From positions 82,947,692 to 83,003,799 of the forward strand of contig NC_068987.1 of assembly GCF_001194135.2 (NCBI RefSeq): DNA of 56,108 bases, written 5' to 3'. The DNA comes from Octopus bimaculoides. Its lineage: Eukaryota. A model generated the notes under the pieces. The model ran no database searches, was not told where the DNA came from, and saw only the letters and a program-made list of their open reading frames with translations. The translations under genes were made by a program, and so were the position numbers. Shown here piece after piece: positions 24,069 to 37,287 of the stretch (the stretch's first letter is position 1; every line of letters starts with the position of its first letter).

Positions 24069-26535
24069 AACCTAACATCCTCATTTCCATCATTTCAAAA
24101 GTGATAGAAGTAGTTGTTATAATAACTTTCTCCAACTCTTTGAATTCCTCTCACACATCAACAACCCATGTGACTTCTATAAAACCTCATCGACAAGAGA
24201 CCTCCTCTCCTATTTAACTCATCAGTGGGCCTTTGCTCTGGACAAAATGGGGAAAAAAATGTTGTTATACTTGACATCAGTAAAGCATTCAGTAGTGTGT
24301 AGTACATAAATTTCCAGGTAAAACAATTTACCTGTGTACTCCATCCATCTCATCTTTCGCAATTCTTTCAGTTTCCATTTCCCAAATTTACTCACGAGAT
24401 TTTGGTCATTCCAGGGCTGTAGCACATAGCTTAGTGGTTACAGTGTGGGACTCATGATCATAATACTGTGGTTTCAATTTGTGGATCAGGTGATGTGTTG
24501 TATCCTTGAGCTAGACACTTCATTTCATGTTGCTTCAGTCCACTCACCTGGCAAAAATGAATAATCTGCAATGGACTGGCGTTCCAACCGTGGAGGAATA
24601 TATACACCACAGAAACCAGGCAAACTGGTCCTATCACTCTATAAGAATCAAGGAAGAGCATTATCCTTTTCTGAAGACACTTGCTCAAGGTGCCGTGACC
24701 TGAGATTGAACCTGAGACTGCATGACTTGTAAGCAAAGTTTTTAACCTCCCGACCATACCTGCACCCGTAAACTAGCAATTCATACCTGGATATTTGGTA
24801 CTCTATCAACTCAAGCATCTTTATTATCTTACTAAAGAAGTTGAAACCACAAACAAAAGAGGAAAATATTATTCATTGAAATAAATATGATGTGAATTGA
24901 AGACGTGTGTGTGTGTGTGTGTGTATGTGGTTGCATGTATTTGGGTACCTTTCTCTCTCTCTTTCTCCATATATATATATATATATATATATCATCATCA
25001 TCATCGTTTAATGTCCGCCTTCCATGCTAGCACAATGTATATATATATATATATATATATGCATATATGTATATATGAAATGTTGAATTACTGTTGCTTT
25101 TTAAATAATGAAAACAAAAATGTTTGAGAAAATGGGAAAAATACAATTCACATAGAGCTCAAGTATATTTTTTTCAATTAGTGATATATTGCTTATTGCA
25201 ACAAGAACAGAAATAGATAAAAATAAATAAAAGCAACCTTTTTGACTTATAAGAATATTTCAAAATATGAACGACATTTGGGACAATTTAGATAAATACA
25301 TTATGTCTTGTGCAACCAACCAAACAATGTCCCAATGTCCTGCTTCTTTCTTTGTTGATTAAATATACTCCAGAATGTTCTGTCTCTTTAAATTGTATTT
25401 CATTTTCTTTTTAATCATATGGTAGAGAAGGTTCAATTGATTATTCATATTTCTATGTAAATGGCCATTAGAAAAATGAAAGAATGGAGGGAATAAAACT
25501 AAAGCAATCAGTTAGAATTGACGATATTGTTTCAACATGTCACTTCCAATATCAAATTACATTAAGAAAATAACATGTCTCAGACAATTTAATATTTCTA
25601 GCAGGAAAATAAAATATAAAATGGTGAGAGAGAAAGAAAAGAGAGAGAAGAGAGAGAGAGAAATATCAAGTATCTTTATATTTCTTCATTATTTTTCACA
25701 GACATGTACAATAGAACTAGTTCCAACTAATGCTGCAGCATTCAAGAATCATTGTAGTGTCCTCTGGCTTATAAAAACAATATATAATTCATAAAAATAA
25801 TGAGATATTTAAACTTTGTTCACTTTCTTTCTGGTGTGAACCAAACGATTTTACAAAAAAAATAATAATGATAATAATAATAGAATGTTATCAGACAAAT
25901 ATAATTTTTTTTTTATCTTTGTCAATCTCTTAAGATAGAAACATATGTTTTATGAATGCTTTATATTATTTAATAGGATTGCCCCCACCCTCAACCCACC
26001 CTTGAAGAATATCACTGTTTTTCTGTATTCAACTTTTCAGAGTAGTTGAATAACAAGTTTGATCTTTTATTTCATAAGAATAATGTTTATGCAATTTTTA
26101 ATATCAATGTCATTAATAAATTTACCATCCTACCAATTCATTATCTTATGCTCATCATTTATTTGAGCATCATTTACTTGGGTGCAGTGCTGTACCCAAG
26201 AAGACCCACCCCCTGCAACAGAACTGATTTCCTAGGACCAAGATGCCACGTAAAAAGCATTGGCGCTGGTGCCATGTTGAAAGGATTGGTGTTGGTGCCA
26301 CATTAAAAGCACTGGTGGTGGTGTCACATAAAATGCACCCAGTACACCACTCTGAAGTGGTTGGCATTAAGAAGGGCATCCATCTGTAGAAACTATGGAA
26401 TCTAGTGCAACACCTGGCCTTGCTAGATCCTGTCAAATCGTCTAACCCATACCAACATGGCAAATGGATGTTAAATGATGATGATGATGATGATGATGAT
26501 GAGGTGACAAATTAGCAGAATAATTAGTGTTTTAG

Positions 26536-26770
26536 AAGGTGGCGAGCTGGCAGAATTGTTAGCATGCCGGGTGAAATGCTTAGCGGTATTTCGTCTGCTG
26601 CTACGTTCTGAGTTCAAATACCACCGAGGTCAACTTTGCCTTTCATCCTTTCGGGGTCGATAAATTAAGTACCAGTTACGCACTGGGGTCGATGTAATCG
26701 ACTTAATCCCTTTGTCTGTCCTTATTTGTCCCCTCTATGTTTAGCCCCTTGTGGGCAATAAAGAAATAAG
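26536..26770 (+). mobile_element. SINE family C copy, well preserved
   Basis: aaggtggcgagctggcagaat...gagttcaaatacc...gcctttcatcctttcggggtcgataaattaagtacca...gggcaataaagaaataag. Confidence 0.85.
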
Positions 26771-27613
26771 AATCATTAGTGTTTTAGATGTATGGGATCT
26801 GATTTCAAATCCTGCTGAGATCACCATGGTCTTTCATTCTTTCATTATCAATAAATGAAGTACCTGTCCAGTACCGAGCTCTCCCACCCACCCCAGCATG
26901 GCACTTATTACCTAGTCACTTTTCTGCTTCAAAAGCAGTTTGCACCCAACAGCCTTATGTATCAAACAGTCTCCACCTTACCTTTTTTCATTCATTTCAG
27001 TCAATCTAATCAAGAGCTTCATAATACTTTAGTTGTTCCCAAAAAGAAAACTCTTTGCAATGGCCCTACCTCACAATCTGCTTCAATCATCTCTATCCAT
27101 TTGTAAGCAAAGTTTTTAACCTCTCGACCATACATGCACCCATAAGCTGGCAATTCATACCTGGATATTTGGTACTCTATCAATTCAACCATGTTTAATA
27201 TCTTACTAGACATTTCAGAAGTTCAAACCACAAACAAGAGAGGAAAATATTCTTCATTGAAATAAATATGATGTGAATTGAAGGCATGTGTAAGTGTGTG
27301 TGTGTGTGTGCATGTGTGTATGTGGTTGCATGTATTTGTGTACCTATGGTTACTGCTGTAATAGTTTCCTTCTTCATTTTCTGCATCTTAATGATTTCAT
27401 ACTTCTTGGCAGAATCATTAGCATGCCAGGTAAAATACTTAGTCGCATTTCATCCATCTTTACGTTCTGAGTTCAAATTCCGTCGAAGTCGATTTTTGCC
27501 TTTCATCCTTTCGGGGATCGATAAATTAAGTACCAGTGAAACATTGGGGCTGATGTAATCAACTAGTCCCTTCCCCCAAAATTCCAGGCATTGTGCCTAC
27601 AGTAGAAAGTATG

Positions 27614-27647
<34 letters not shown>

Positions 27648-27649
27648 GT

Positions 27650-28106
27650 GAAATCGGATTGAAGCTGAACCAAATTTGATGACTGGCACCCGTGCCAGTG
27701 GAGTGCTAACAGCACCATCCTAGCGGGATCACTGCCAGAGCAGCAGTCTCACTCCTGTGCCGGTGGCATGTAAAATGCACCATTTGAGCGCGATCATTTC
27801 CAGCTTCGCCTTGCAGGCACTTGTGCCGGAGGCATGTGAACAAATCATTGGACTGACCCCTGTGCATGTGGCACATAAAAAACACCATTTGAGCATGGCC
27901 GTTGCAAGTACTGCCAGACTGGCCCTTGTGCTGGTGGCACATAAAAAGCACCCACTACACTCTCGGAGTGGTTGGCATTAGGAAGGGTATCCAGCTGTAG
28001 AAACTCTGTCAGATCAGATTGGAGTCTGGTGTAGCCATCCGTTTCGCCAGTCCCTAGTCAAATTGTCCGACCCATGCTAGCATGGAAGGCGGATGTTAAA
28101 TGATGA
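27650..28106 (+). mobile_element. family B copy
   Basis: same internal repeats and 3' end. Confidence 0.8.
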
Positions 28107-28123
28107 TTATTATTATTATTATT

Positions 28124-28310
28124 AAGGCGGCAAACTGGCAGAATCGTTAGTACGACAGCAAAATTCTTCATGGCATTTCATCCATCTTTACAATCCGAGT
28201 TCAAATTCTGCTGAGGTTGACTTTGCCTTTCATCTTCTCGGGGTCAATAAATTAAGTACCAGTGAAACACTGGGGTCGATGTAATCGACTAGTCCCTTCT
28301 CCCAACAAAT
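28124..28310 (+). mobile_element. SINE family C copy abutting a family B tail
   Basis: same head and central motif. Confidence 0.8.
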
Positions 28311-29164
28311 TTAAAGTATGCACTTCCCGATTGTTATTCTTGGATTATTATTATTATTATTATTATTATTATCAGCATCATCAGTAGTAGTAGTAGTAGT
28401 AGTAGTAGTATCTTCATTCTCTCTCTTTGTCTCCAGAAAAAAATCGGTTGTGGTGAGACATAGAAGGGGAATGAGACCTACCATATTTAGAATTTCTGAA
28501 ACACATCATATACTACAAGACAGTAATCTTATAAAGCCATCCTTCATCGAAAAGAAGGATTTGTATATATCACAGAATGCACCATCTGACACTTCTGATG
28601 TAAAAGCTACCACCATTAACAGCCCCTTCAACTACTTCCACCACCAACCACCACTCCCATGTAAATAAAAAGAATAGACCCCGAAATACTTACAAAGCAA
28701 ACTGAACATTCCTCATCAAACACACAATTAATTCTAATCCTATTTCAAGACTTTATTATGCGTGACCTTAAACAATTGTTCACACAAGGTACTTCATTAT
28801 CTTTCACAGTATGAGGTACTATCTTAAAGGATCTTAAGATACTGTTCCTTATATTTGATTTCATTTTTTGGGGTTTTTTACTAGTTTCAGTCGGTGCATT
28901 GCTAATGTAGCAGGACACTACCTTAAAGAATTTTAGTCAAACAAATCATGCCCACTGATTGTGACTTTTTTTTTTTTTTTGAAGTCTGGTGCCAATTTTA
29001 TTGATCTCTTTTGCTAGAGACATAAACAAACCAACACCAGTTGTCAAGCAATGGTGGTGGTGGTGGTGGTGGTGGTGTGGTGACAAATACACATACAAAG
29101 ACACACACAGTTAGACATTTTTTCTTTTATTAGTTTCAGTTGTGGCCTTGAAGGAGCACTGCCA

Positions 29165-29545
29165 TCATCATCATCGTCATCATTTAATGCTCATTGTCCA
29201 TGTTGGCATGGGTTGGATGGTTTGGCATGCTGGAAGGCTTCACCAGACTCCGGTCTAATTTGACATGGTTTTCTACAGCTGGATGCCCTTCCTAACACCA
29301 ACCACTCCAAGAGTGTAATGGGCGCTTTTACATGCCACTGGCACAAGTGCTCTTTTGCATGACACCAGGGTGCATTTATGTGCCACCAGCATGGGTGCCA
29401 ATTTGCGTGACACCAGTATCTGCCACAACTGCGATTTTGCTTGGTTTGATGGGTCTTCTTCTCAAGCACAACATAATGCCAAAGATCTTGATCATTGCTT
29501 CTATTAGGCCCAACACCCGAAAGGAACTCAGCCACTTTGCCTCCG

Positions 29546-29587
<42 letters not shown>

Positions 29588-29960
29588 TCATCATCATCAT
29601 CATCGTTTAACGTCCGCTTTCCATGCTAGCATGGGTTGGACGATTTGACTGAGGACTGGTGAGCCAGATGGCTACAGCAGGATCCAAACTGATTTGGCAG
29701 AGTTTCTACAGCTGGATACCCTTCCTAACGCCAACCACTCCGAGAGTGTAGTGGGTGCTTTTACGTGCCACCGACACGAAGGCCAGTCAGGAGGTACTGG
29801 CAACGGCCATGCTTCAAATGGTGTATTTTATGTGCCACCTGCACAGGAGCCAGTCCAGCGGCACTGGCAATGATCTCACTCAAATGTCTTTACACGTGCC
29901 AGGAAGGCGACGCTGGGCACAGGTGCCATCACGATTTTGCTTTCGTTTGCCCCAACAAGT
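29165..29960 (-). mobile_element. two tandem family B copies separated by (TA)n
   Basis: (CAT)n-cgtttaacgtcc starts at about 29165 and 29585. Confidence 0.8.
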
Positions 29961-30051
29961 CTTCTCCATGGTGGTAAGAACAACGAAAAAAGTAATCCAT
30001 TTGGTGAGAGATAAGTATTATTTAATAAGCACAATCTATGTTTTTATGTGC

Positions 30052-30144
30052 TATTATTAGTTTCATGTGCTGAGAGCATGCCAGACTTTGTTTGTGTTAA
30101 AAAAACACTGTCTAGTATGCTCTCAGCACGTGAAACTAATAGTA
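30052..30144. repeat. hairpin unit, 35-bp stem and 23-nt loop
   Basis: 30052-30086 pairs with 30110-30144 (3 G-U pairs and 1 mismatch in + strand RNA). Confidence 0.9.
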
Positions 30145-30903
30145 TCACATAAACACACATATGTGTTTATACTCATATATATATATACTCATATATATAT
30201 ATGCATGTATGTAAACATGATAGGCTTCCACACAGTTTCCATCATAAGGTATTGATTATCCTTAGTGCTATAGTAAAAGACACTTGCCCAAAGTATTGTT
30301 CAATTGGATTGAACCTGAAACCACATGGTTACAAACCAAGCTTCTTAACCACACAACTATGCCAGCACCAAAATAATTTTGCAACTGTTTTACTAGAAAA
30401 ATGACATGTACATTCCTACATCTGGAGACAATATTTATTCCAACATGCTTTTACTTGTCACTCCGTTGCTTATGTTCATTATTTGTTTTTTATAAGTTTT
30501 AATATTGTTACATTTTTATGTTAAACTCGTGTTTTAACAGTAGTTTGAAAATCCAAATCTAAAACAAAACTTCTTAGACTTGTATTTGAATAAGCTTAAG
30601 TTGAGATTAAAAACATAAATTTCATCTGGAACATGTTAAAATATTGGTCTCAATGGGATTAAGTAACATTTGCTTGCATGTCTGTTGTTAAGAATAACTT
30701 AAGAGAATTATAAATATCAAGCACAGGCATGACTATGTGGTTAAGGAGCTTGCTTCCCAACCATGTGGTCTTGAGTTCAGTCCCACTGCATGCCACTTTG
30801 AATAAATTTCTTTTACTTCAGCCCCAGGTTGACCAATATTTTGTAACCAGAAACTGTGTGGAAGCTTGTTATATATATAAACATTGTAATAATTATATAC
30901 ATA

Positions 30904-31162
30904 GGTGCAGGAGTAGCTGTGTGGTAAGTAGCTTGCTTACCAACCACATGGCTCTGGGTTCAGTCCTACTGCGTGGCACCTTGGGCAAGTGTCTTGTACT
31001 ATAGCCTCGAGCCAACCAAAGCCTTGTGAGTGGATTTGGTAGATGGAAACTGAAAAAGTCCGTCGTGTGTATATATGTGTGTGTGTGTGTGTTTGTATGC
31101 CTGTGTTTGTCCCCCCAACATCGCTTAACAACCGATGTTGGTGTGTTTACGTCCCCGTAACA
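30904..31162 (+). mobile_element. SINE family A copy truncated in the tail by a hairpin-bearing unit
   Basis: complete head; tail stops at gtccccgtaacata. Confidence 0.8.
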
Positions 31163-31177
31163 TAAACAATATATGTG

Positions 31178-31287
31178 TTTATGTACTACTATTAGTTTCA
31201 TGTGCTGAGAGAATGCCAGACAATGTTTTTTAACACAAACACAGTTTGGCATGCTCTCAGCACATGAAACTAATAGTAGTACATAAA
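31178..31287. repeat. hairpin unit, 44-bp stem and 22-nt loop; inverted copy of the 30052 unit
   Basis: 31178-31221 pairs with 31244-31287 (1 mismatch, 1 G-U pair). Confidence 0.9.
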
Positions 31288-32619
31288 AACATAGATTATG
31301 TTTATCAAATAATATTTATCTCCCCACCACCATTTGATAACTAGTGTTAGTTTGTTCATGTTCCATAACCCTGTGGTTTGACAAAAAAAAAACTGATAGA
31401 ATAAGTACCAAATTAAAAAAAAAAAATAGAAATAAGTCCTGGGGCGAATTTATTTAACTAAACCCTTCAAGGCAGTACCCCAGCATGGCCACAGTCTAAT
31501 AACTGAAACAAATAAAAAGTAAAAGATATCTAAAGATTCTAATTTGAAAATAATTTCAATCTAATATTAAATCTAGATGACGATTAGTTTATATTCTAAC
31601 ATCCTTTATGATAACAATTTCGAATATCCTTCAGCATTGCTCTACAAATTAACCCAAAACTCTCTGCAAAATGTTAGTAATACCCTTATATGACATGACT
31701 CGTTAGTCCCCTCTTCAGATAATGTTTCACTACTCTTATTCACTATTAGTGCTCCATAGTTTCTTAGTTTTCAGCCTGCGGCAATTTTTTTTTTAACTCA
31801 AAGCATACTAACTATCATAATATTTTTATAACATCAGAATATAATGTATTCAAAATATGCTGAAGTTCATATAACTGCCAGATGTTTGTTTAGAGTGAGG
31901 AAGAGACATGAGAAAGACTTTCTATCTCTAAATTCAACAACTGAAGTTGAATCACTTCTTTCTGTAATGGTGGCACTGCCGACGCTCTACAACATTTATT
32001 ACCAGACATGTTGACATGCTATCATGGTTCTGTAAATACTTTTAAATAAATATAATAATTTCCTCAACACCAAGTAATTATCTCTTAAAATTTATTTTCG
32101 TCATTAATTTCTAAGAATAATAATTAACTTCAATTTAATATTTCTAAATATTTTTTTATATCATCATCATCATCACTGTCATCATCATTGTCATCGGCAT
32201 CATCATTATACTTTCAGTTTAATTAAAATTATTATACATTAAATTTAATTAAAATCATATTGTTGTCATAAACACTTATAAAACATTTGGAGCCAATAAA
32301 ATGCTTCATTAATATTAGAAAAATTAGTTTTGGTCAAAATTGTATTACCTCCAATATTCAGTATTTTAAAGAATATTCTTAAAAGACAGCTAATCTTCTT
32401 GCAAATATAACCAAGTTCTTCGCAGTATGATAGCACCTACGGTTAAAAAGTTTGCTTCAAAACAATAGGATATTAGGTTCAGTCCCTCTACACAGCATAT
32501 TGGTTAAGTCTCTTCTGCTACAAGCAAAGGTTAACCAATGCTTTGTGAATGGGGTTTTGTAAATGGAATTTGGTTGTCAAAAGTATCTCCGGAATAATGT
32601 TGCCCAACAGGATGTGTAG

Positions 32620-32960
32620 CTAGAAGACCATGGAGTTCCTCCAGGTTGAGCCGTTTCTTCTATGCATTGAAAGATCACAGCTCTGGTACTATAGACATGT
32701 GATTAGAATGTCACAGAAAAGGATTGCAAGAGGGATTCTTCCAGCTGAGCTTATTGGTAGGAGACCGACAGGTTGACCAAGAATGAGGTAGTTGGATATT
32801 GTCCATTGTTTCAGTTGGTCGTGCTTAGGAATTGAACTGGAAGGTATAATGATGGTTGCTACCAACAAGACCCTATGGAGAAGGTACTGAGCACTCCACC
32901 CTCAAAACCCTCTCAGGAACCCTGGGAAGGAGGAGGAGGAGGAGGGGGATTATGTCATGA
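32620..32960 (+). mobile_element. RTE-type LINE fragment, C-terminal end of the ORF
   Basis: from 32645 VEPFLLCIERSQLWYYRHVIRMSQKRIARGILPAELIGRRPTG*PRMR resembles the RTE C-terminal IERSQLRW.GH..RM...GRRP.GRP..RW motif; boundaries approximate. Confidence 0.7.
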
Positions 32961-33849
32961 TCCCACTCTCATGGATAAGTGAATGTCTCAGTATATTCAG
33001 CATAGCAGACAACTTAAGAGAATTAATTAGCTTTAGCATGAAGAAATAGAAAGTAGATCCACTTCTTTCAGTTTCTGTCTACCAAATCCACTCACAAGGC
33101 AATAGTAGAAGACATTTGCCCAAAGCGTCACACAGTGGGACTGAACCAAAGACCACATGTTTGGGAAACAAGCTTCTTAACCATACACCCACAACTGCAC
33201 CATATGTTTCAAAAATACATTGTTCTAAAAACTTTTTTTTTTCACAACTTTGTAAAAATGTAAATAATGTTAAAAAATTAAAATTATTTCTATTTTTGTT
33301 TTTATGCCAACAATGATTTTTTTTTTCTAAATCAAACAATTATATATTTTTGCAGACAAACATTCAATGACCCATTTTTTTTGAGACAAATAACAAAAAT
33401 ATTATATCTAAGAAGCATATAAAGTAACGGCTGTAATTTGGAAAACTGCAACAGTTGCAACCATTTTGCCTTGCAAATATTTACACGAGAAAAATTATTC
33501 TTTTCTACAAGAACAACAAGTTTAATTCATTTAGCTAACAATTTAATTTATTTAGCTAACAAGATTCCAGTGAAACTGGCAAGATTTTATAAAACAAACA
33601 GAGAACCATAATTTAATTTGCCTTACTATAAACTAAGGATGTTTTTTATGAAAATAAAAAATAAAATGAGAAACATGTAAATTTGGAGGTTTTAAAGAAG
33701 AATGAAGAACAGCAAAGAAGGGGCAGAAGAGATATAGAGTTGGAAGGAAAACAAGAAAATATTTAAAGAACAGCAATAATATTTCTATGGTTTTAGGTGG
33801 AAACAAACACAAGCGCAAAGATATACACACACATACACACATATATATA

Positions 33850-33995
33850 TAGAGAGAGACAGACAGAAACAGATAGAGATAGATAGATAGATAGACAGAC
33901 AGATAGATAGATAGATGGATAGATGGACACAGATAGATGGATAGATAGATGTATGGATGGATAGATGGATGGATAGATGGATAGATAGATATATA
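33850..33995. repeat. (AGAT)n/(GGAT)n tetranucleotide array
   Basis: direct reading. Confidence 0.9.
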
Positions 33996-34573
33996 CATAC
34001 TTATATATTATATCTTGATCATCATCATACATCTACTTTCCATGCTGGCATAGGTTGGACGGTTTGAAAGGGGCTGGCCATCTGAAAAGTTGCCCAGGCT
34101 TCATGTCTGTTTTGGTATAGTTTCTACAACTGGATGCCTTTTCTAATATCAATCACTTGCATTTCGCCCGGTGTACTAACATTTCTGCCAGCTCGCTGCC
34201 TTGAGACACCCATTAATTTTTTCTATGATGCCTGTTATAATTAACTGATTGAAGAAGAAATTAAGGATATGGTTCTTTACATTCACTCTATTTCAACTTA
34301 ATAAAAATGATACAACATAAATTTAAATAAAATATTTTAAAATGGCCAGTTTAATCTTGTTTGATATGCAAAACCATTATAATACTTGCCTTGAGGTTAA
34401 TTAAGATTATAAAAGTGGAGGAATGGCTGTGACAGCTATGCAGTCTTAAGATTAGTTTCAATGTGCAACACCTTGAGCAAGTGTCATCTCATATATAGCC
34501 TTAGGCCAACCAAAGCATTGTGAGTTAATTTGGTGGACAGAAACTGAAAGAAGCCCATCACACACAAATATAC

Positions 34574-34620
<47 letters not shown>

Positions 34621-34629
34621 ATTTATATA

Positions 34630-34925
34630 TCATCATCGTTTAACGTCTGTTGTCCATGCTAACATGCTGGAAGGCTCCACCAGACTCCTGTCTGGTTTGG
34701 CATGGTTTTCTACAGCTGGATGCCCTTCTTAATGCCAACCAATCTGTGAGTGTAATGGGTGCTTTTACATGCCACTGGCATAGGTGCCATTTGCATGACA
34801 CCAGGGTGCATTTATGTGCCACCAGCATGGGTGCCAATTTGTGTGACACCGGTATCTGCCACGAATGCGATTTTGCTCGGCCTGGTGAGTCTTCTTCTCA
34901 AGCACGACATAATGCCAAAGGTGCC
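34630..34925 (-). mobile_element. family B copy, variant shared with 29165-29545
   Basis: shared gcgattttgct-gg...tcttct-caagcac-acataatgccaaag segment. Confidence 0.75.
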
Positions 34926-35161
34926 ATATGTATGTATATATATATATNNNNNNNNNNNNNNNNNNNNNNNNNNNNNNNNNNNNNNNNNNNNNNNNNNNNN
35001 NNNNNNNNNNNNNNNNNNNNNNNNNNNNNNNNNNNNNNNNNNNNNNNNNNNNNNNNNNNNNNNNNNNNNNNNNNNNNNNNNNNNNNNNNNNNNNNNNNNN
35101 NNNNNNNNNNNNNNNNNNNNNNNNNNNNNNNNNNNNNNNNNNNNNNNNNNNNNNNNNNNNN

Positions 35162-35198
<37 letters not shown>

Positions 35199-35221
35199 TG
35201 TATGTATATGTATATAAATAT

Positions 35222-35315
35222 ATAAAAGACTTTTTCACTTCCCAAGCGTTAAACTAATACACCTGTTTGTTGTCTACACCACCTGTCTTCGTCTTTTGCT
35301 TTTTTTGTGAATTGT
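35222..35315 (+). mobile_element. 3' part of the same hammerhead-bearing repeat; the motif itself is missing next to microsatellite and gap
   Basis: aaagactttttcacttcccaagcgttaaactaatacacctgtttgttgtctacaccacctgtcttcgtc. Confidence 0.5.
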
Positions 35316-35929
35316 CCTTATATAAATATATATATGCACACCCACACACACATACATATGCCATTACATAGTTTCATTTCAAGATTTCTGGCCAATAGAG
35401 AAAGAGCCAGGTTCTAACCTAGATCAAAGGCTCCTTCATCAATATGCTTGTATACATGCAATATTTGCAGTTCATGCATTTGCAGATTTGGATGTTTTCT
35501 TTTATGTATGTATTCTCATGCATTTAGTTGCATGTCTCGACATGCGCATATATACTTAGATGATAAACTTCTGGAAAGTATACATGTAAATATATGTATG
35601 TATGTATGTGTGTATGTGTATGTATGTCTTTGTACTCATGTCTAGACATCACTTGATGATTATAAATAAGCATCATTCTCAAACAAGTGAGTTTGATCAT
35701 TTCCAGTTTTCCATAGAGAAACATGTCTAGCAACAGGAAAATATTTCTTTGGTTGGAAACAAACGGCACTTGGCAACAGGAAGGGACATCTCGTCATAGA
35801 AAACCTTCCTCAGCAAATTCTGTTTGATGTATGCACGCATAGAAAAATAGATCTTAAATGAAATGATGATGGTGACAACATTGATTTCTGTATTAAATAA
35901 TTCCTTTTTCTGTTTTTCATATTGAACAG

Positions 35930-36094
35930 ATCTCATGTGCAAATGCCAGAAATAATATACAAAGCATACCTGCAAGGAAAACCTTTGACTGGATCTCAAC
36001 TACAGCAAGCTAAACTGAATAAAACTACCCTCTCAGATATTGTTCAATGGGGAAGCATGATTATTTTTGACTTTCTAACAGCAAACTACGATAG
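35930..36094 (+). CDS. fj: four-jointed/FJX1-family kinase, internal 165-nt exon (phase 2-2); not in the supplied ORF track
   Basis: pyrimidine tract plus aacag acceptor (35928-35929), AG|gtaaga donor at 36095; translates SHVQMPEIIYKAYLQGKPLTGSQLQQAKLNKTTLSDIVQWGSMIIFDFLTANYDR, matching the FJX1 motif LVQWTDLILFDYLTANFDR; keeps frame with both neighbouring exons. Confidence 0.92.
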
Positions 36095-36350
36095 GTAAGA
36101 CTGACATTATTATTTTTTATTAATCAAATGTTTACTCGTTTTGGAGGAAGGTGTAAGCAGAGCCGGAATAAGACCCATCGAGGCCCTAAGCACTTAAAAG
36201 ATTTTGGTGACCCCATAAAAGATTATGTAATTCAAAATATAAATAATAACAAACCATAAAATTAATTTTTATTTTTCAAAACAAAACAAAACAAAACAGT
36301 AAGAGGGAAGATAATGTTTATTTTTGTCTACTTCCACTTTATTTATATTT

Positions 36351-36705
36351 GAAGCTTGCTTTCCAACTACATGGTTCCGGGTTCAGTCCCACTGTGTGGC
36401 ACCTTGGGCAAGTGTCTTCTACTTTAGCCTCGGGCCAATCAAAGCCTTGTGAATGGATCTGGTAGACAGAAACTAAAAGAAGCCCATCGTATATATGTAC
36501 GTTTGTTTGTCAGTGTTTGTCCCTCCACCATCACTTGACAACTGATGTTGATGTGTTTATGTCCTCAAAATATAGCAGTTTGGCAAAAGAGACCAATAGA
36601 ATAAGTACTAGGCTTACAAAGAATAAGCCCTGGGGTCGATTCATTCAACTAAAGGTGGTGCTTCAGCATGGGCGCAGTCAAATAACTGAAACAAGTAAAG
36701 GAATA
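36351..36705 (+). mobile_element. SINE family A copy about 260 nt downstream of the 165-nt exon
   Basis: head and tail match family A. Confidence 0.8.
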
Positions 36706-37207
36706 TATANNNNNNNNNNNNNNNNNNNNNNNNNNNNNNNNNNNNNNNNNNNNNNNNNNNNNNNNNNNNNNNNNNNNNNNNNNNNNNNNNNNNNNNNNNN
36801 NNNNNNNNNNNNNNNNNNNNNNNNNNNNNNNNNNNNNNNNNNNNNNNNNNNNNNNNNNNNNNNNNNNNNNNNNNNNNNNNNNNNNNNNNNNNNNNNNNNN
36901 NNNNNNNNNNNNNNNNNNNNNNNNNNNNNNNNNNNNNNNNNNNNNNNNNNNNNNNNNNNNNNNNNNNNNNNNNNNNNNNNNNNNNNNNNNNNNNNNNNNN
37001 NNNNNNNNNNNNNNNNNNNNNNNNNNNNNNNNNNNNNNNNNNNNNNNNNNNNNNNNNNNNNNNNNNNNNNNNNNNNNNNNNNNNNNNNNNNNNNNNNNNN
37101 NNNNNNNNNNNNNNNNNNNNNNNNNNNNNNNNNNNNNNNNNNNNNNNNNNNNNNNNNNNNNNNNNNNNNNNNNNNNNNNNNNNNNNNNNNNNNNNNNNNN
37201 NNNNNNN

Positions 37208-37240
<33 letters not shown>

Positions 37241-37255
37241 ATGTATGTATGTATG

Positions 37256-37287
<32 letters not shown>

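Noticed and set aside
36168-36210. GC-rich CAGAGCCGGAATAAGACC...GGCCCTAAGCAC resembling a DNA-transposon terminus
   Set aside because: No matching second TIR or TSD is visible, so the element cannot be delimited.
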